The notes under the pieces are model-generated. The model was not told where the DNA came from, did not search any database, and was given only the letters and a program-made list of their open reading frames with translations. From assembly GCA_050731715.1 (NCBI GenBank), contig JBOHPM010000001.1, positions 1 to 39,781 on the forward strand: a stretch of DNA of 39,781 nt, read 5' to 3'. The DNA comes from Candidatus Rokuibacteriota bacterium (lineage in GTDB: Bacteria > Methylomirabilota > Methylomirabilia > Rokubacteriales > CSP1-6). Both the position numbers and the translations under genes were made by a program. Positions 6,663 to 16,600 of this stretch are shown here, piece after piece (within the stretch, counting starts at the first letter, position 1; each line of letters opens with the position of its first letter).

Positions 6663-7943
6663 TCATGCACGCGGGACGTGGGCCCCTCGCCCGCTCTGTC
6701 CCGGCTCCGGCTCTTGCTTCACTGTCGCAACCAGCGCCTTGAACTCGCCCGACTGAACCTGCGCCAGATCGCAGAGCTCCCTCAGCTTCGCCCGGCTGAT
6801 GACCTCCCGGCGCAGCGCCTCAACCGCGAGCAGCACGAGCTGGTGCCGGAACGGCATGTGCCCAGGCGCCTTCGCGTCGGGCTCGGGCCCAAGGAAGCGC
6901 ATGACGTTGGCGGCGGCCTCCTTCTGCTGGACGAGCCCGCCCCGCTCCTCCTCGGTAACGAGCTTGAGATTCAGCAGCCGGTAGAGTGCCGTCTCGTAGC
7001 TCACGCTGAAGTGGTGGGCGAGGTGGGCGACGTCGTAGACCTGGATGTCCTGCGAGTGGGCCTCGCGGCGCCGCTGCCCCTCCACCACGGCGGTCTCGTC
7101 GTACGCCCGGAGCTGGCTCCGGCTCTGCTCGCCCTTGCCCAGCCGCCGGACGAAGGCGCGGACGCCCCCCTCGGGCATCAGAAAGGCCGCGGCAAAGGCA
7201 TTGGCCCGTACCTCGGGCAGCTCCTCGCGGTTTTCGGCCCGGCTCACGAGCCCTCCGCGGTCGTGGTCGACGAGGACATGGCAGTACTCGTGCGCGCACG
7301 AGAACAGCCGGCGCCGCGGCGGGTGATCCTCGTTCACGATGATCGACGGGCCGTACCGGGTGTCGCTCAGGAACAGGCCGGAGATCGTCTCGGACAACGA
7401 CATCTCGATGAACCGGACGCCCTGCGCCTCGAGGAGCTCGGCGAGGTTCGTCAGGGGATCTTCGCCCAGGCGAAGGCGCGCCCGCTCGAGCTCGGCCAAC
7501 CGCTCGCCCTGCCGGATGGCGTCCCAGCGCGTGCGCATGAGTGGGGTGTTGTAGTTGACATCGTAGACGCGGTCCTGGTCGATGCCGAGGAGCGTCTCCA
7601 GGTTCGTGTACTCCCGGCAGAGCTTGACGCACTCGGCGACGGCACCGGCCCGCTCACGGTCGCCCGCGAGCTGGGGGTCCGCCCGGAACAGTGCCGTAAG
7701 GGGATCGCGCTGGGCCTCGTCGAACTCTTCTGCCAGCAGTTCACCAAGCTCGCGCCGATAGATCTCGGCGAGCCGCACGAGGTGGAGGCTGTTCGGCGCC
7801 TTGGCGCCGGCTTCGAAATGCGCGAGGGCGCCGCGCGAGATGCCAAGCTGATCGGCGACGTCCTGCTGGGCGAGCCCCACCGCTTCCCTGGCGCTCTTCA
7901 AACGACGGCCCAACTCCTCCTTGTCCAAGGGCACTTGCGCCAC
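6663..7943 (-). CDS. XRE-family HTH fused to ImmA/IrrE (COG2856, M78) zinc metallopeptidase
   Basis: The HTH is LGRRLKSAREAVGLAQQDVADQLGISRGALAHFEAG. The HExxH motif is in FSCAHEYCHVLVDH. There is a GTG at 7943. A second in-frame GTG at 7934 has better spacing to AGGAGG and may be the true start. Confidence 0.9.
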   Translation of the reverse strand: MAQVPLDKEELGRRLKSAREAVGLAQQDVADQLGISRGALAHFEAGAKAPNSLHLVRLAEIYRRELGELLAEEFDEAQRDPLTALFRADPQLAGDRERAGAVAECVKLCREYTNLETLLGIDQDRVYDVNYNTPLMRTRWDAIRQGERLAELERARLRLGEDPLTNLAELLEAQGVRFIEMSLSETISGLFLSDTRYGPSIIVNEDHPPRRRLFSCAHEYCHVLVDHDRGGLVSRAENREELPEVRANAFAAAFLMPEGGVRAFVRRLGKGEQSRSQLRAYDETAVVEGQRRREAHSQDIQVYDVAHLAHHFSVSYETALYRLLNLKLVTEEERGGLVQQKEAAANVMRFLGPEPDAKAPGHMPFRHQLVLLAVEALRREVISRAKLRELCDLAQVQSGEFKALVATVKQEPEPGQSGRGAHVPRA

Positions 7944-7961
7944 CTCCTCTCTGGGTAACGG

Positions 7962-7974
7962 ATTATGGCATAAT
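7962..7974. promoter_or_regulatory. 13-bp palindrome ATTATG-G-CATAAT overlapping a -10-like CATAAT for the minus-strand operon (operator candidate)
   Basis: Perfect inverted repeat about 20-30 nt upstream of the operon start codons, in the divergent intergenic region 7944-8159. The first gene of the operon encodes an XRE HTH, so autoregulation is plausible. Confidence 0.4.
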
Positions 7975-8114
7975 TCTTCTCATGGCGCTACCAAGGCTTG
8001 GGCCGGCCGTCGCCGCGGATATGGGGCACCGAGCAGGATCAAAAGCGCTGGCTTGGAGGCTCTGATGCGAGTTGTCGGGCTGGCCGCGGGTAAGGGGTCG
8101 ACTCCCAGGGATGG

Positions 8115-8144
8115 TTGACAAAGGGGGCTCGGAGAGCCTATTTT
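8115..8144 (+). promoter_or_regulatory. Sigma70-like promoter TTGACA-18 nt-TATTTT for the AbiE pair
   Basis: TTGACA is at 8115-8120 and TATTTT at 8139-8144. The ATG at 8160 follows. Confidence 0.45.
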
Positions 8145-8159
8145 ACCCGTACGGTAAAA

Positions 8160-9212
8160 ATGGCATATACAGTAAAACTCAAGAAGGGCAGCGCCCTCGA
8201 AACTAGCGTCCTGGGCGCCCTGCGCGAGGTACTACCCGCTTTCAGGGTCGCCCAGGAACGCACCGGAAGGCAGGCGACCTGGGATCTGACGTTCACGGTC
8301 CGGTCGGGCAGCACCGCGCGGCGGCTCCTCGTCGAGTGCAAGTCCGTCGGCGAACCCAGGTACCTCGCCCAGGCGATCACCGTCCTCACGCTGGCATCCA
8401 AGAGGTCCCCCCTGGGCTACCCCGTTGTCGCCGCGCCCTACATCGGGCCCGAGGGACAGCGGCTCTGCCGCGAGGCCGGCGTCGGTTACCTGGATCTGAC
8501 GGGCAACGCCTTCCTCAAGTTCGACGGCGTCCTTGTGGACCGGCGAAGCGGTGAACACCCGCCGCGCGCCAAGGCGCGGCTCCGACGCCTCTTCTCCCCC
8601 AAGTCGTCCCGCATCCTCCGCGTCCTGCTCGAGAACCCCGACCAGGAGTGGACACTGGCGCGGCTCGCAACTGAAGCCGCGATCAGCGTGAGGACCGCCC
8701 ACCTCGTCATCAACGCGCTAGAGGAGAAGGCCTTCGTCGACAAGCGGCGTGGCGCCATCAGGCTCGAAAAGCCGGCGCCGCTCCTGGATCTCTGGACCGA
8801 GAACTATCGGCTCGACCAGCACCGCCGCCAGACCTTCTACAGCTTCGTCCGAAGTCCTCGGGAGCTGGCCGCCAAGCTCGCCGCCCAGACCACTGCCCAG
8901 CGCGTATCGCTGGCGCTTACGGTCCACGCGGGCGCTGCGCTTGTGGCCCCTTTCGTCCGCTACACTGACGTCCACGCGTACGTCTTGGACGACATCGATC
9001 GTCTCGTGAAGTCTCTTGATCTCCGCCCGACAGAAGCTGGCGGCAATGTTCACCTCCTCACGCCAAACGACGAAGGCGTCTTCTACAGAATCCAGACGAT
9101 CGACGGCGTTCCGGTGGTCTGCAACACCCAGCTCTTTCTCGACCTGCTCCACTACCCTGGGCGTGGCCGCGAGGCCGCCGAAGAGCTTCGCCGCCAGAAG
9201 ATGGGGTATTAG
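8160..9212 (+). CDS. abiEi: AbiEi-like type IV antitoxin/transcriptional regulator with an extra N-terminal domain
   Basis: The central winged-helix segment is SSRILRVLLENPDQEWTLARLATEAAISVRTAHLVINALEEKAFV. The C-terminal region ends ...CNTQLFLDLLHYPGRGREAAEEL, typical of AbiEi-type partners. It lies immediately upstream of an AbiEii NTase. The start is placed at the ATG at 8160 because the TTG at 8115 is the -35 hexamer. Confidence 0.7.
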   Translation: MAYTVKLKKGSALETSVLGALREVLPAFRVAQERTGRQATWDLTFTVRSGSTARRLLVECKSVGEPRYLAQAITVLTLASKRSPLGYPVVAAPYIGPEGQRLCREAGVGYLDLTGNAFLKFDGVLVDRRSGEHPPRAKARLRRLFSPKSSRILRVLLENPDQEWTLARLATEAAISVRTAHLVINALEEKAFVDKRRGAIRLEKPAPLLDLWTENYRLDQHRRQTFYSFVRSPRELAAKLAAQTTAQRVSLALTVHAGAALVAPFVRYTDVHAYVLDDIDRLVKSLDLRPTEAGGNVHLLTPNDEGVFYRIQTIDGVPVVCNTQLFLDLLHYPGRGREAAEELRRQKMGY

Positions 9213-9216
9213 GCGC

Positions 9217-10116
9217 GTGACGCCCAAACCCAGGACGGCCGGCGACTACGAAGACGATGCCACCGCCGCCTCTCGCCTCGGCTTGGCGGAGATCATGACC
9301 GCGCTCGGCGCCTACCGCGACGCTCTCGTGCTGATTGGCGGCTGGGCGCCGTATCTGATCCTCGAGCAGTTCGGGGAGCAGGGCGCCTTCCAGGCTGATG
9401 CATTTCAGGGCGACGCGTTCCAGACGGGATTTGCCCACGTCGGGTCGATCGACATCGACTTCGTGGTGGATCCCGCAATCGTCGACGCCGACCGCTACGC
9501 GACCATCGTGGAATCGCTGCTCGGCCGCGCTTACGAGCCCGTCAAGGATTCCCGCTTTCAGTTCCAGAAGATCGTCGCCTCCCCGCTGAACGGTCGGCCG
9601 CATCTGATCCGCGTGGACTTCCTGACGCCGAGGCCTCTCGCGGGACAGGGTCGCTCACACCGCCACCGCGAGATCCAACACGATCTCCAGGCGCGGACGC
9701 TTGAGGGCGCCGACGTCGCCCTCAGGCATTGGTTCTGGTACGAGTTCGACGCCCAGCTCCCCGACGGCGCCCAGACGCGCGTCCGTGTGAAAGTCGCCGA
9801 CGTCGTGGGAAGTCTCGCCCTCAAGGGCATCGCCATCGGTGAGCGTTACGCCGAGAAGGATGCTTACGATATCTGGGCGCTCTGCGCCCACTACCGCGGA
9901 GGACCCCCCGATGTTGCCGAGGCGCTTCGCCGGTGTCGAGACGAGGAGGCAGTGCGCCGAGGTCTCACCATGATCTCCGAGAAATTCCGCGCCCGCGATG
10001 CCGAGGGCCCCACATGGGTCGCAGTGTTCGTGGGCTCGGGGAGCGCTGAGGAATACGAACGGATTCGCACCGATGCTCACATGACAGTGGGCGAGGTGCT
10101 TCGCATTCTCGGTTGA
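9217..10116 (+). CDS. abiEii: AbiEii/AbiGii-family nucleotidyltransferase toxin
   Basis: LVLIGGWAPYLIL ... HVGSIDIDFVVD match the NTase G-G and DxD motifs of the AbiEii family. The GTG at 9217 is 5 nt after the abiEi stop, with an alternative ATG at 9295. The track ORF from 9016 overlaps abiEi and is rejected. Confidence 0.8.
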   Translation: MTPKPRTAGDYEDDATAASRLGLAEIMTALGAYRDALVLIGGWAPYLILEQFGEQGAFQADAFQGDAFQTGFAHVGSIDIDFVVDPAIVDADRYATIVESLLGRAYEPVKDSRFQFQKIVASPLNGRPHLIRVDFLTPRPLAGQGRSHRHREIQHDLQARTLEGADVALRHWFWYEFDAQLPDGAQTRVRVKVADVVGSLALKGIAIGERYAEKDAYDIWALCAHYRGGPPDVAEALRRCRDEEAVRRGLTMISEKFRARDAEGPTWVAVFVGSGSAEEYERIRTDAHMTVGEVLRILG

Positions 10117-10382
10117 CGCGCGCGAGCCTCACCGGAGCCTGAGCCGCACAGTTCTCTTGCACGGCGAAGGCTCCGCCGCCAAGCGGCGGCGCGGCGCCGA
10201 GCGCCTACGGCGCCTACGCGGCTTTGCGCCCGAGGTAGGTCAGCCAGATGCGCCGCCACTCCCGGGGGGCGCCAAGCGACGGTGACGTTTGGGCGACGGT
10301 CGGGATGACCGTCCTTCCGCCCGCCGGCAACCCGTAGTTGATCCTCTCTCCGTCCCGATGTATCACTTTGGTCACTCTCTGA

Positions 10383-13300
10383 GTGGGGAGACGGAGCTTT
10401 CCCAATGACAACACGAGTTTGATGCCGGCAGACGATACCGCTCTGCCCGAGCTCGGCCAGCTCGCCGAGGTCCGCCAGCGGCGTTGGATCGTCACCGACG
10501 TCCGTGCCAGTACGCTCATGCCCTCTCCTCTCGAACCCCCCAGCGCCAACGGTCACCACCACCTAGTCTCCCTCGCCTCCGTCGAGGACGACGGTCTGGG
10601 CGAGGAACTGCAGTTTATCTGGGAGCTTGAGCCCGGCGCGCGTGTCCACGAACGCGTCTCCCTGCCCGAGCCCACCGGGTTCGACACCTCCCACCGCCTC
10701 GACGCGTTCCTCGATGCCGTGCGGTGGGGCGCCAGCTCGACCGCCGACGTCCGGACGCTCCAGGCGCCGTTCCGGAGCGGCATCGAGATCGAGGACTATC
10801 AGCTCGACCCCGTCGTCCGTGCGATCCAGATGCCGCGCGTGAACCTCCTCATCGCCGACGATGTCGGGCTCGGCAAGACGATCGAGGCCGGACTCGTCAT
10901 CCAGGAGCTGATCGTCCGTCATCGGGCGCGGCGGGTGCTGATCGTCTGCCCGGCGTCGCTCCAGATCAAGTGGCAAACCGAGATGCGAGAGAAGTTCGGG
11001 CTCGACTTCCGCATCGTGGATGCCGATCTGCTCAAGCAGCTCCGCCGCCAGCGCGGCCTGCATGCGAATCCGTGGACGCACTTCCCCCGGCTGATTGCCT
11101 CCCTCGACTTCGTCAAACGGGAGCGCCCCTTGCGCCTCCTGCGCGAGGCGCTGCCGGCCCCTGGCCAGCCGGCCTACCCGCGGCGCTTCGACTTCCTCGT
11201 CGTGGACGAGGCGCACAACGTCGCACCGTCAGGACGTGGACGGTATGCCACCGACTCGCTGCGAACGCATGCGATCCGGACGATCGCCCCACACGCGGAG
11301 CACAAGCTTTTCGTCAGCGCGACGCCCCACAACGGCTACCTCGAAAGCTTCACGGCGCTCCTCGAGCTGCTCGACAACCAGCGCTTCGCCCGCAGCGTGA
11401 AGCCGGATCGGCAGCAGCTCAACGCGGTCATGGTTCGCCGCCTGAAGTCAGAGCTTCCCCCGCGCTGGGATGGCACACCCCGCTTCCCGGGTCGCGTCAT
11501 CGAGCCGATCGAGGTCGACTACACCGATGCCGAGCGGGCCGTGCATGCTGCACTCCAGCGCTACAGCATGCTGCGGCAAGAGCGGGCGCGTGATCACGTC
11601 GAGCGCTTCGCCTCGGAATTCGTCCTGCTGCTTCTCAAGAAACGACTTTTCTCCTCGCCTGCGGCATTCCAGAAGACGCTCTCGCAGCATGAGCAGTCGA
11701 TAACGGCCGCCCGTCGGCGCCGGAGTGCACTCGAAACACCGACGCTCGGCGTCCTCCGGCGCATCGTGGACAAGGTCGACGAGGAGTATGGCGACGACAG
11801 CGCGGCCGATGATGCTGTCGACGAGGCGGTTGACGGTGCCTCGCGGCTCTTCTCCGACCTGAGCGGAGAGGAACGCGATCTCCTTCAGAGCATGCGCGAG
11901 GCGGCGGCGACTGCTGTAGGCCGTCCCGACTCCAAGGCACACGAGCTGATCCGCTGGCTCAACGCCACGCTCCGCCCTGCCGGCACGTGGTCGCACGAGC
12001 GCGTGATCATCTTCACGGAGTACCGGGCAACCCAGAGCTGGCTTCACGAGCGCCTGGCGATGGAGGGCCTCGCTGGCAACGACCGCTTGCTGACGCTCTA
12101 CGGCGGCATGGACGACAAGACCCGCGAAACCGTCAAGGCTGCGTTCCAGGCCGACCCAGCTACCTCGCCCGTGCGTATCCTGCTTGCCACCGATGCGGCC
12201 TCCGAAGGCATCGACCTCCAGCGTTACTGCTCCCGCCTCGTTCACTACGAGATCCCGTGGAACCCGAACCGGATGGAGCAGCGCAACGGGCGAATCGACC
12301 GCCACGGCCAACGCGCGGAATGCGTGCTGGTTTACCACTTCGTCGGTAAGGGCTACCGCGAGCGGGCAGAGGGCGACGCGCTTCCGACGGGCCAGCTCGA
12401 GGGCGACCTGGAGTTCCTCGCACGGGCCACCATCAAGATCGACCGCATTCGGCAGGACCTTGGCACGGTGGGGCCTGTCATCGCCCAGCAGGTGGAAGAG
12501 GCGATGCTCGGTCGTCGCCAGCGTCTCGATACCGAGGGGGCTGAGCGCCGCGCCGAACCCGTTCGTGCCATGCTTCGGTTCGAGCGGCGGCTGCGTGAAC
12601 AAATCGCCGAGCACCTCGAGCAACTACAAGAAACTCGCCGCGAGCTACGGCTCTCGCCGGACAACGTCCAGGCCGTTGTCGAGATCGCGCTGGCGCTCGC
12701 CGGCCAGCCACCCCTCCGGGAGGCCACGCTGCCGGGCGTCTGGCCCGATCCCACGGCGCAGCGCACCCGCTGCCCCGTGTTCCACCTCCCGGCGCTCGGC
12801 GGGACGTGGGCGCTTTGCTCCGAGGGGCTCCAGCACCCTCACACCGGCGTGGTTCGACCGATCACTTTCGACCACGCGATCGCCGGCGACAGGGACGACG
12901 TCGTGCTTGCCCACCTGAACCACCGGCTCGTCCAGATGTGCCTGCGCCTCCTGCGCGGCGAGGTGTGGGCAAGTCACCGCCGCAAGCGCCTGCACCGCGC
13001 GACGGCGCGCGTCGTGCCCGACACCGCTCTCGACACTCCGGCCATGATCGGCCACGCGCGCCTCGTCGTGGTCGGAGGCGACAGCCAGCGGCTGCACGAG
13101 GAGGTGATTACCACCGGCGGTCGCCTCCGCGAGGGGCGCTTCGCTCGGATGAACGTCGGCGAGGTGGCCTCGGCCCTCGCCGCCGCAGGCGATACAGAGC
13201 CGGCCGAGGCGGTCAAGCAGCGTCTTCTCGATCTCTGGCCACGTCATGCCGATGCGCTCGTCGCCGCCTTGGAGGCCCGCATGCGCGACCGCACTGACGG

Positions 13301-13610
13301 CCTCCAGAAGGCCCTCGCCGACCGGGCTGAGCAGGAAATCCAGACGATCACTGCCGTGCTCACCGAGCTGCGTCAGAGCATCCTCGCCGAGATCGAGGCC
13401 CCGTCCGTTGAGCAGCTGGAACTGTTCTCGTCCGCCGAGCGCGATCAGCTCGACCGGAACCTCGCGAGCCTCCGCGCCCGCGCCGAGCGCATCCCAGCAG
13501 AGATCGCGGAGGAGACCGAAGCTATCCGCGCGCGCTTCGCGCGCCCGGAGCCCCGGCTCTTCCCGGTGGCCGTGACGTTCCTCGTGCCCGAGCGGTTCGC
13601 CAGGGGTTGA
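10383..13610 (+). CDS. drmD: DISARM class 1 SNF2-family helicase DrmD
   Basis: SNF2 motifs present are LLIADDVGLGKTIEAG (I), LVVDEAHNV (II), LLATDAASEGIDLQ (V) and WNPNRMEQRNGRIDRHGQ (VI). It is followed by a translationally overlapped large N6-MTase and then drmA/B/C. The start is uncertain (GTG 10383 or ATG 10422). Confidence 0.9.
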   Translation: MGRRSFPNDNTSLMPADDTALPELGQLAEVRQRRWIVTDVRASTLMPSPLEPPSANGHHHLVSLASVEDDGLGEELQFIWELEPGARVHERVSLPEPTGFDTSHRLDAFLDAVRWGASSTADVRTLQAPFRSGIEIEDYQLDPVVRAIQMPRVNLLIADDVGLGKTIEAGLVIQELIVRHRARRVLIVCPASLQIKWQTEMREKFGLDFRIVDADLLKQLRRQRGLHANPWTHFPRLIASLDFVKRERPLRLLREALPAPGQPAYPRRFDFLVVDEAHNVAPSGRGRYATDSLRTHAIRTIAPHAEHKLFVSATPHNGYLESFTALLELLDNQRFARSVKPDRQQLNAVMVRRLKSELPPRWDGTPRFPGRVIEPIEVDYTDAERAVHAALQRYSMLRQERARDHVERFASEFVLLLLKKRLFSSPAAFQKTLSQHEQSITAARRRRSALETPTLGVLRRIVDKVDEEYGDDSAADDAVDEAVDGASRLFSDLSGEERDLLQSMREAAATAVGRPDSKAHELIRWLNATLRPAGTWSHERVIIFTEYRATQSWLHERLAMEGLAGNDRLLTLYGGMDDKTRETVKAAFQADPATSPVRILLATDAASEGIDLQRYCSRLVHYEIPWNPNRMEQRNGRIDRHGQRAECVLVYHFVGKGYRERAEGDALPTGQLEGDLEFLARATIKIDRIRQDLGTVGPVIAQQVEEAMLGRRQRLDTEGAERRAEPVRAMLRFERRLREQIAEHLEQLQETRRELRLSPDNVQAVVEIALALAGQPPLREATLPGVWPDPTAQRTRCPVFHLPALGGTWALCSEGLQHPHTGVVRPITFDHAIAGDRDDVVLAHLNHRLVQMCLRLLRGEVWASHRRKRLHRATARVVPDTALDTPAMIGHARLVVVGGDSQRLHEEVITTGGRLREGRFARMNVGEVASALAAAGDTEPAEAVKQRLLDLWPRHADALVAALEARMRDRTDGLQKALADRAEQEIQTITAVLTELRQSILAEIEAPSVEQLELFSSAERDQLDRNLASLRARAERIPAEIAEETEAIRARFARPEPRLFPVAVTFLVPERFARG

Positions 13611-16600
13611 GCGTGTCCGTCGCCCGCCACCACGTCGAGTGGCTGTCGCTGGTCGAGACCTCCGGGCCCTTCCTCTCGATGCCGGTGCTCTTGCGCGCGT
13701 TCCCGCAGGAGCTCGACAAGGCGGATGCGGACCACACGCGGAGCCTCCGCCTCGCGCACGAGGAGTGGGAGGAGAGCCAGGAGCGGCATCCTGATCCGGC
13801 CTTTCACACTGCGTGGGTTCGCTTCGTCCTGACGGAAACTCTCGGGCTTCCCACCGAGGTATTAGCCGAGGGTCCCCGCATGCCGGCGGGCCTCCGCGTG
13901 ATGGTCGCCGAGCACGGGGAGGTCCTTGCACCCGATCTCGTCGTCGTGAACCCCGATGGGACACCTGGCGCCGGGAGACCCCGCCTCCTCGTTCAGGTCT
14001 ACCCCGCCAGGCAAGACCTCCGCCGTGCTGTCGCGGCATCCCGCTGGAAGGTCTCGCCCGAAACGCGAATGGTCGAACTGCTGCGAGGAACCGACACGCG
14101 GCTCGGCCTAGTAACGAACGGCGAGCACTGGATGCTCGTCTCGGTCCGCCCCGGCGAGCCCGCGGGCTTCGCCTCGTGGTACGCCGCACTCTGGCTCGAG
14201 GAGCCGCTCACGCTCCGGGCCTTCCGGAGCCTGCTCGGCGCCCACCGGTTCTTCTCCGTCGCCGAGAGCGAGACTTTGGAGGCGCTGCTCGCCGAGAGCG
14301 CCGCGGACCAGCAGGAGGTCACGGATCAGCTCGGCTTGCAAGTGCGGCGTGCCGTCGAACTGCTCGTGGCCGCCCTCGACCGTGCCGACCGCGATCACGG
14401 CCGCGCCCTGTTGCGCGACGTGCCAGACGCCCGCCTGTACGAAGCTGCGGTGACGGCTATGATGCGGCTCGTCTTCCTCTTCGCCGCAGAGGAGCGCGGC
14501 TTGCTCCTGTTGGGCGATCCGCTCTACGACCAGCACTACGCGATTTCCACGCTCCGCGCACAGCTGCGCGAGACGGCCGACCGGCACGGCGAGGAGGTGC
14601 TGGAGCAGCGCATCGACGCGTGGTGCCGGCTGCTCGCCACGTTCCGTACGGTTCACAGCGGCATGCGTCACGACCGGCTGACGCTCCCCGCCTACGGCGG
14701 CTCGCTCTTCGACCCCGACCGCTTCCCGTTCCTCGAGGGGCGCGGCGAGGGAACGTCGTGGCGGACGACGGCAGCCGCTCCCCTCCCCGTGAACAACCGC
14801 ACGGTGCTTCACCTCCTCGAGGCCCTCCAGATGCTGGAGGTACGCCTCCCCGGCGGCGGCCCCGCCGAGGCCCGGCGCCTCAGCTTCCGCGCGCTCGACA
14901 TCGAGCAGATCGGCCACGTCTATGAGGGGCTCCTCGACCACACCGCCGCCCGCGCCCCCACCCCCGTGATCGGCCTCGTCGGCACGCGTGAGGGCGAGGC
15001 CGAGGTCCCGCTCGATTCGCTGGAACGATTGCGCGCGGATGGCGAGGCCCGGCTCGTTGAGTTCCTGTCTGAAGAGACCGGGCGTCAGCCGACGACGATC
15101 CGCCGGGCACTGGCCTACGAGCCGGTTGGTGAGGATGTCCATCGCCTGCTCGTTGCCTGCGATAACGACGAACGTCTGGAGCGCCGCGTGCGGCCGTTCG
15201 CCGGCCTCGTGCGCGAGGACACGCGCGGCTATCCAGTGGTGATCCCGCCGGGCAGCGTGTACGTCACGCGCGGCAGCGACCGGCGCACCACGGGCACCCA
15301 CTACACCCCGCGGAGTCTCACCGAGCCGATCGTCCGCTACACGCTGGAACCTCTCGTATACGAGGGCCCCGCCGAGGGGTGGCGGCGTGAGGAGTGGCGC
15401 CTGCGGCCCGCGCGCGACCTCTTTGCCCTTCGCGTCTGCGACATGGCGATGGGCTCGGGCGCCTTTCTCGTTCAGGTGTGCCGATTTCTCTCGGAACGTC
15501 TGGTCGAGGCTTGGGAGGAAACCGAGCGCCAGCATCCGGGCGCGCCTGGCATCACCCCGGAGGGCGCGGTCGCGACAGGGGCGGCGGAGGAGCGGCTCAT
15601 CCCGAAGGACACAGAGGAGCGGCTGGCGCTCGGCCGCCGCCTCGTTGCCGACCGCTGCCTCTACGGCGTGGACAAGAACCCCATGGCCGTGGAGATGGCC
15701 AAGCTCTCGCTCTGGCTTGTTACGCTCCAGAAGGACCGGCCGTTCACGTTCCTCGACCACGCGCTCAAGTCCGGCGACTCTTTGCTGGGCGTCACCAGCG
15801 CCGAGCAGATCGAATGGGCGCACCTGGACCCTCAAAAAGGCCGTCAGCTTCCATTTTGGGCCGCGCTCTGCGCGCCAGCCCTCCGCACGGCGGTCGAAAA
15901 GCGCCGCCAACTCGAGTCGTTCACGGTCGAAACTGTCGTCGATGCCGAAGAGAAGGCGCGTCTCTTGCGCGAGGCGGAGGCTGCCCTCGGTGTCGTCAGG
16001 CTGATCGGTGACCTGATCGTTGGTGCCGGGCTCTCAACGGCGGGGAAGAAAGCCAGCGCTCTCGACGAACGACTCGATGAGATCGGGGAGTTGGTCCGCA
16101 AGACTCTCTCGCCGGCGACACCGACTACCGAGCGCGAGACGCAACTGCTTGCTCTTCGCGAGCGCGCGCGAACGATGCTCGGCATAGCCGGTAGTGCTTC
16201 ACCGGTACCCTTTCACTGGGCGCTGGAGTTCCCCGAGATTTTCGACGCGACGAGGAACGAGCGCTGTGGCTTCGATGCAATCGTCGGCAACCCGCCGTTC
16301 CTTACCGGAACCTCCATAAGTACCTTCCTAGGTCCCAGTTACCGTGCTTATCTCAATTTGGTCTGGCCGCACCTCCACGGGCGTGCCGATCTCTGTGTCG
16401 TATTCATGCTGAGAGGCGCTCAGCTTTGTCCACCAAAGGGCGCGATGGGGTTTGTCGGCTCCAACACGACCTCAGAAACTGATTCTCGCCTCTCTGGACC
16501 TGCCTACCTGTTGAGCTGTGGGTTTTCGATCTACCGTGCTGTGAAGTCCCAGCCGTGGCTAGGCGGCGCCTCGGTTCATGTGTGCCAAGTCCACTACTAT

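Noticed and set aside
6030-7958. 642-aa plus-strand ORF covering the PIN and XRE-ImmA genes
   Set aside because: It is antisense to two genes with clear motifs (HExxH, HTH, PIN). Its translation is R/P/L/G-rich low complexity with no motifs, so it is a typical high-GC shadow ORF.
8115-8159. TTG start at 8115 for the AbiEi-like gene
   Set aside because: The TTG is the first base triplet of a TTGACA -35 hexamer that has a well-spaced TATTTT -10. The ATG at 8160 downstream of this promoter is the more sensible start.
10214-10549. 111-aa minus-strand ORF between abiEii and drmD
   Set aside because: Its 5' half overlaps the drmD start region and is low complexity. Only the last ~55 codons are intergenic, with no SD or clear start. 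It is left uncalled.
12645-15910. Long minus-strand ORFs (12645-14189, 14108-15910) antisense to drmD and drmMI
   Set aside because: The translations are Arg/Pro/Gly-rich with no recognisable domains, while the plus-strand frames carry complete SNF2 and MTase motif sets.
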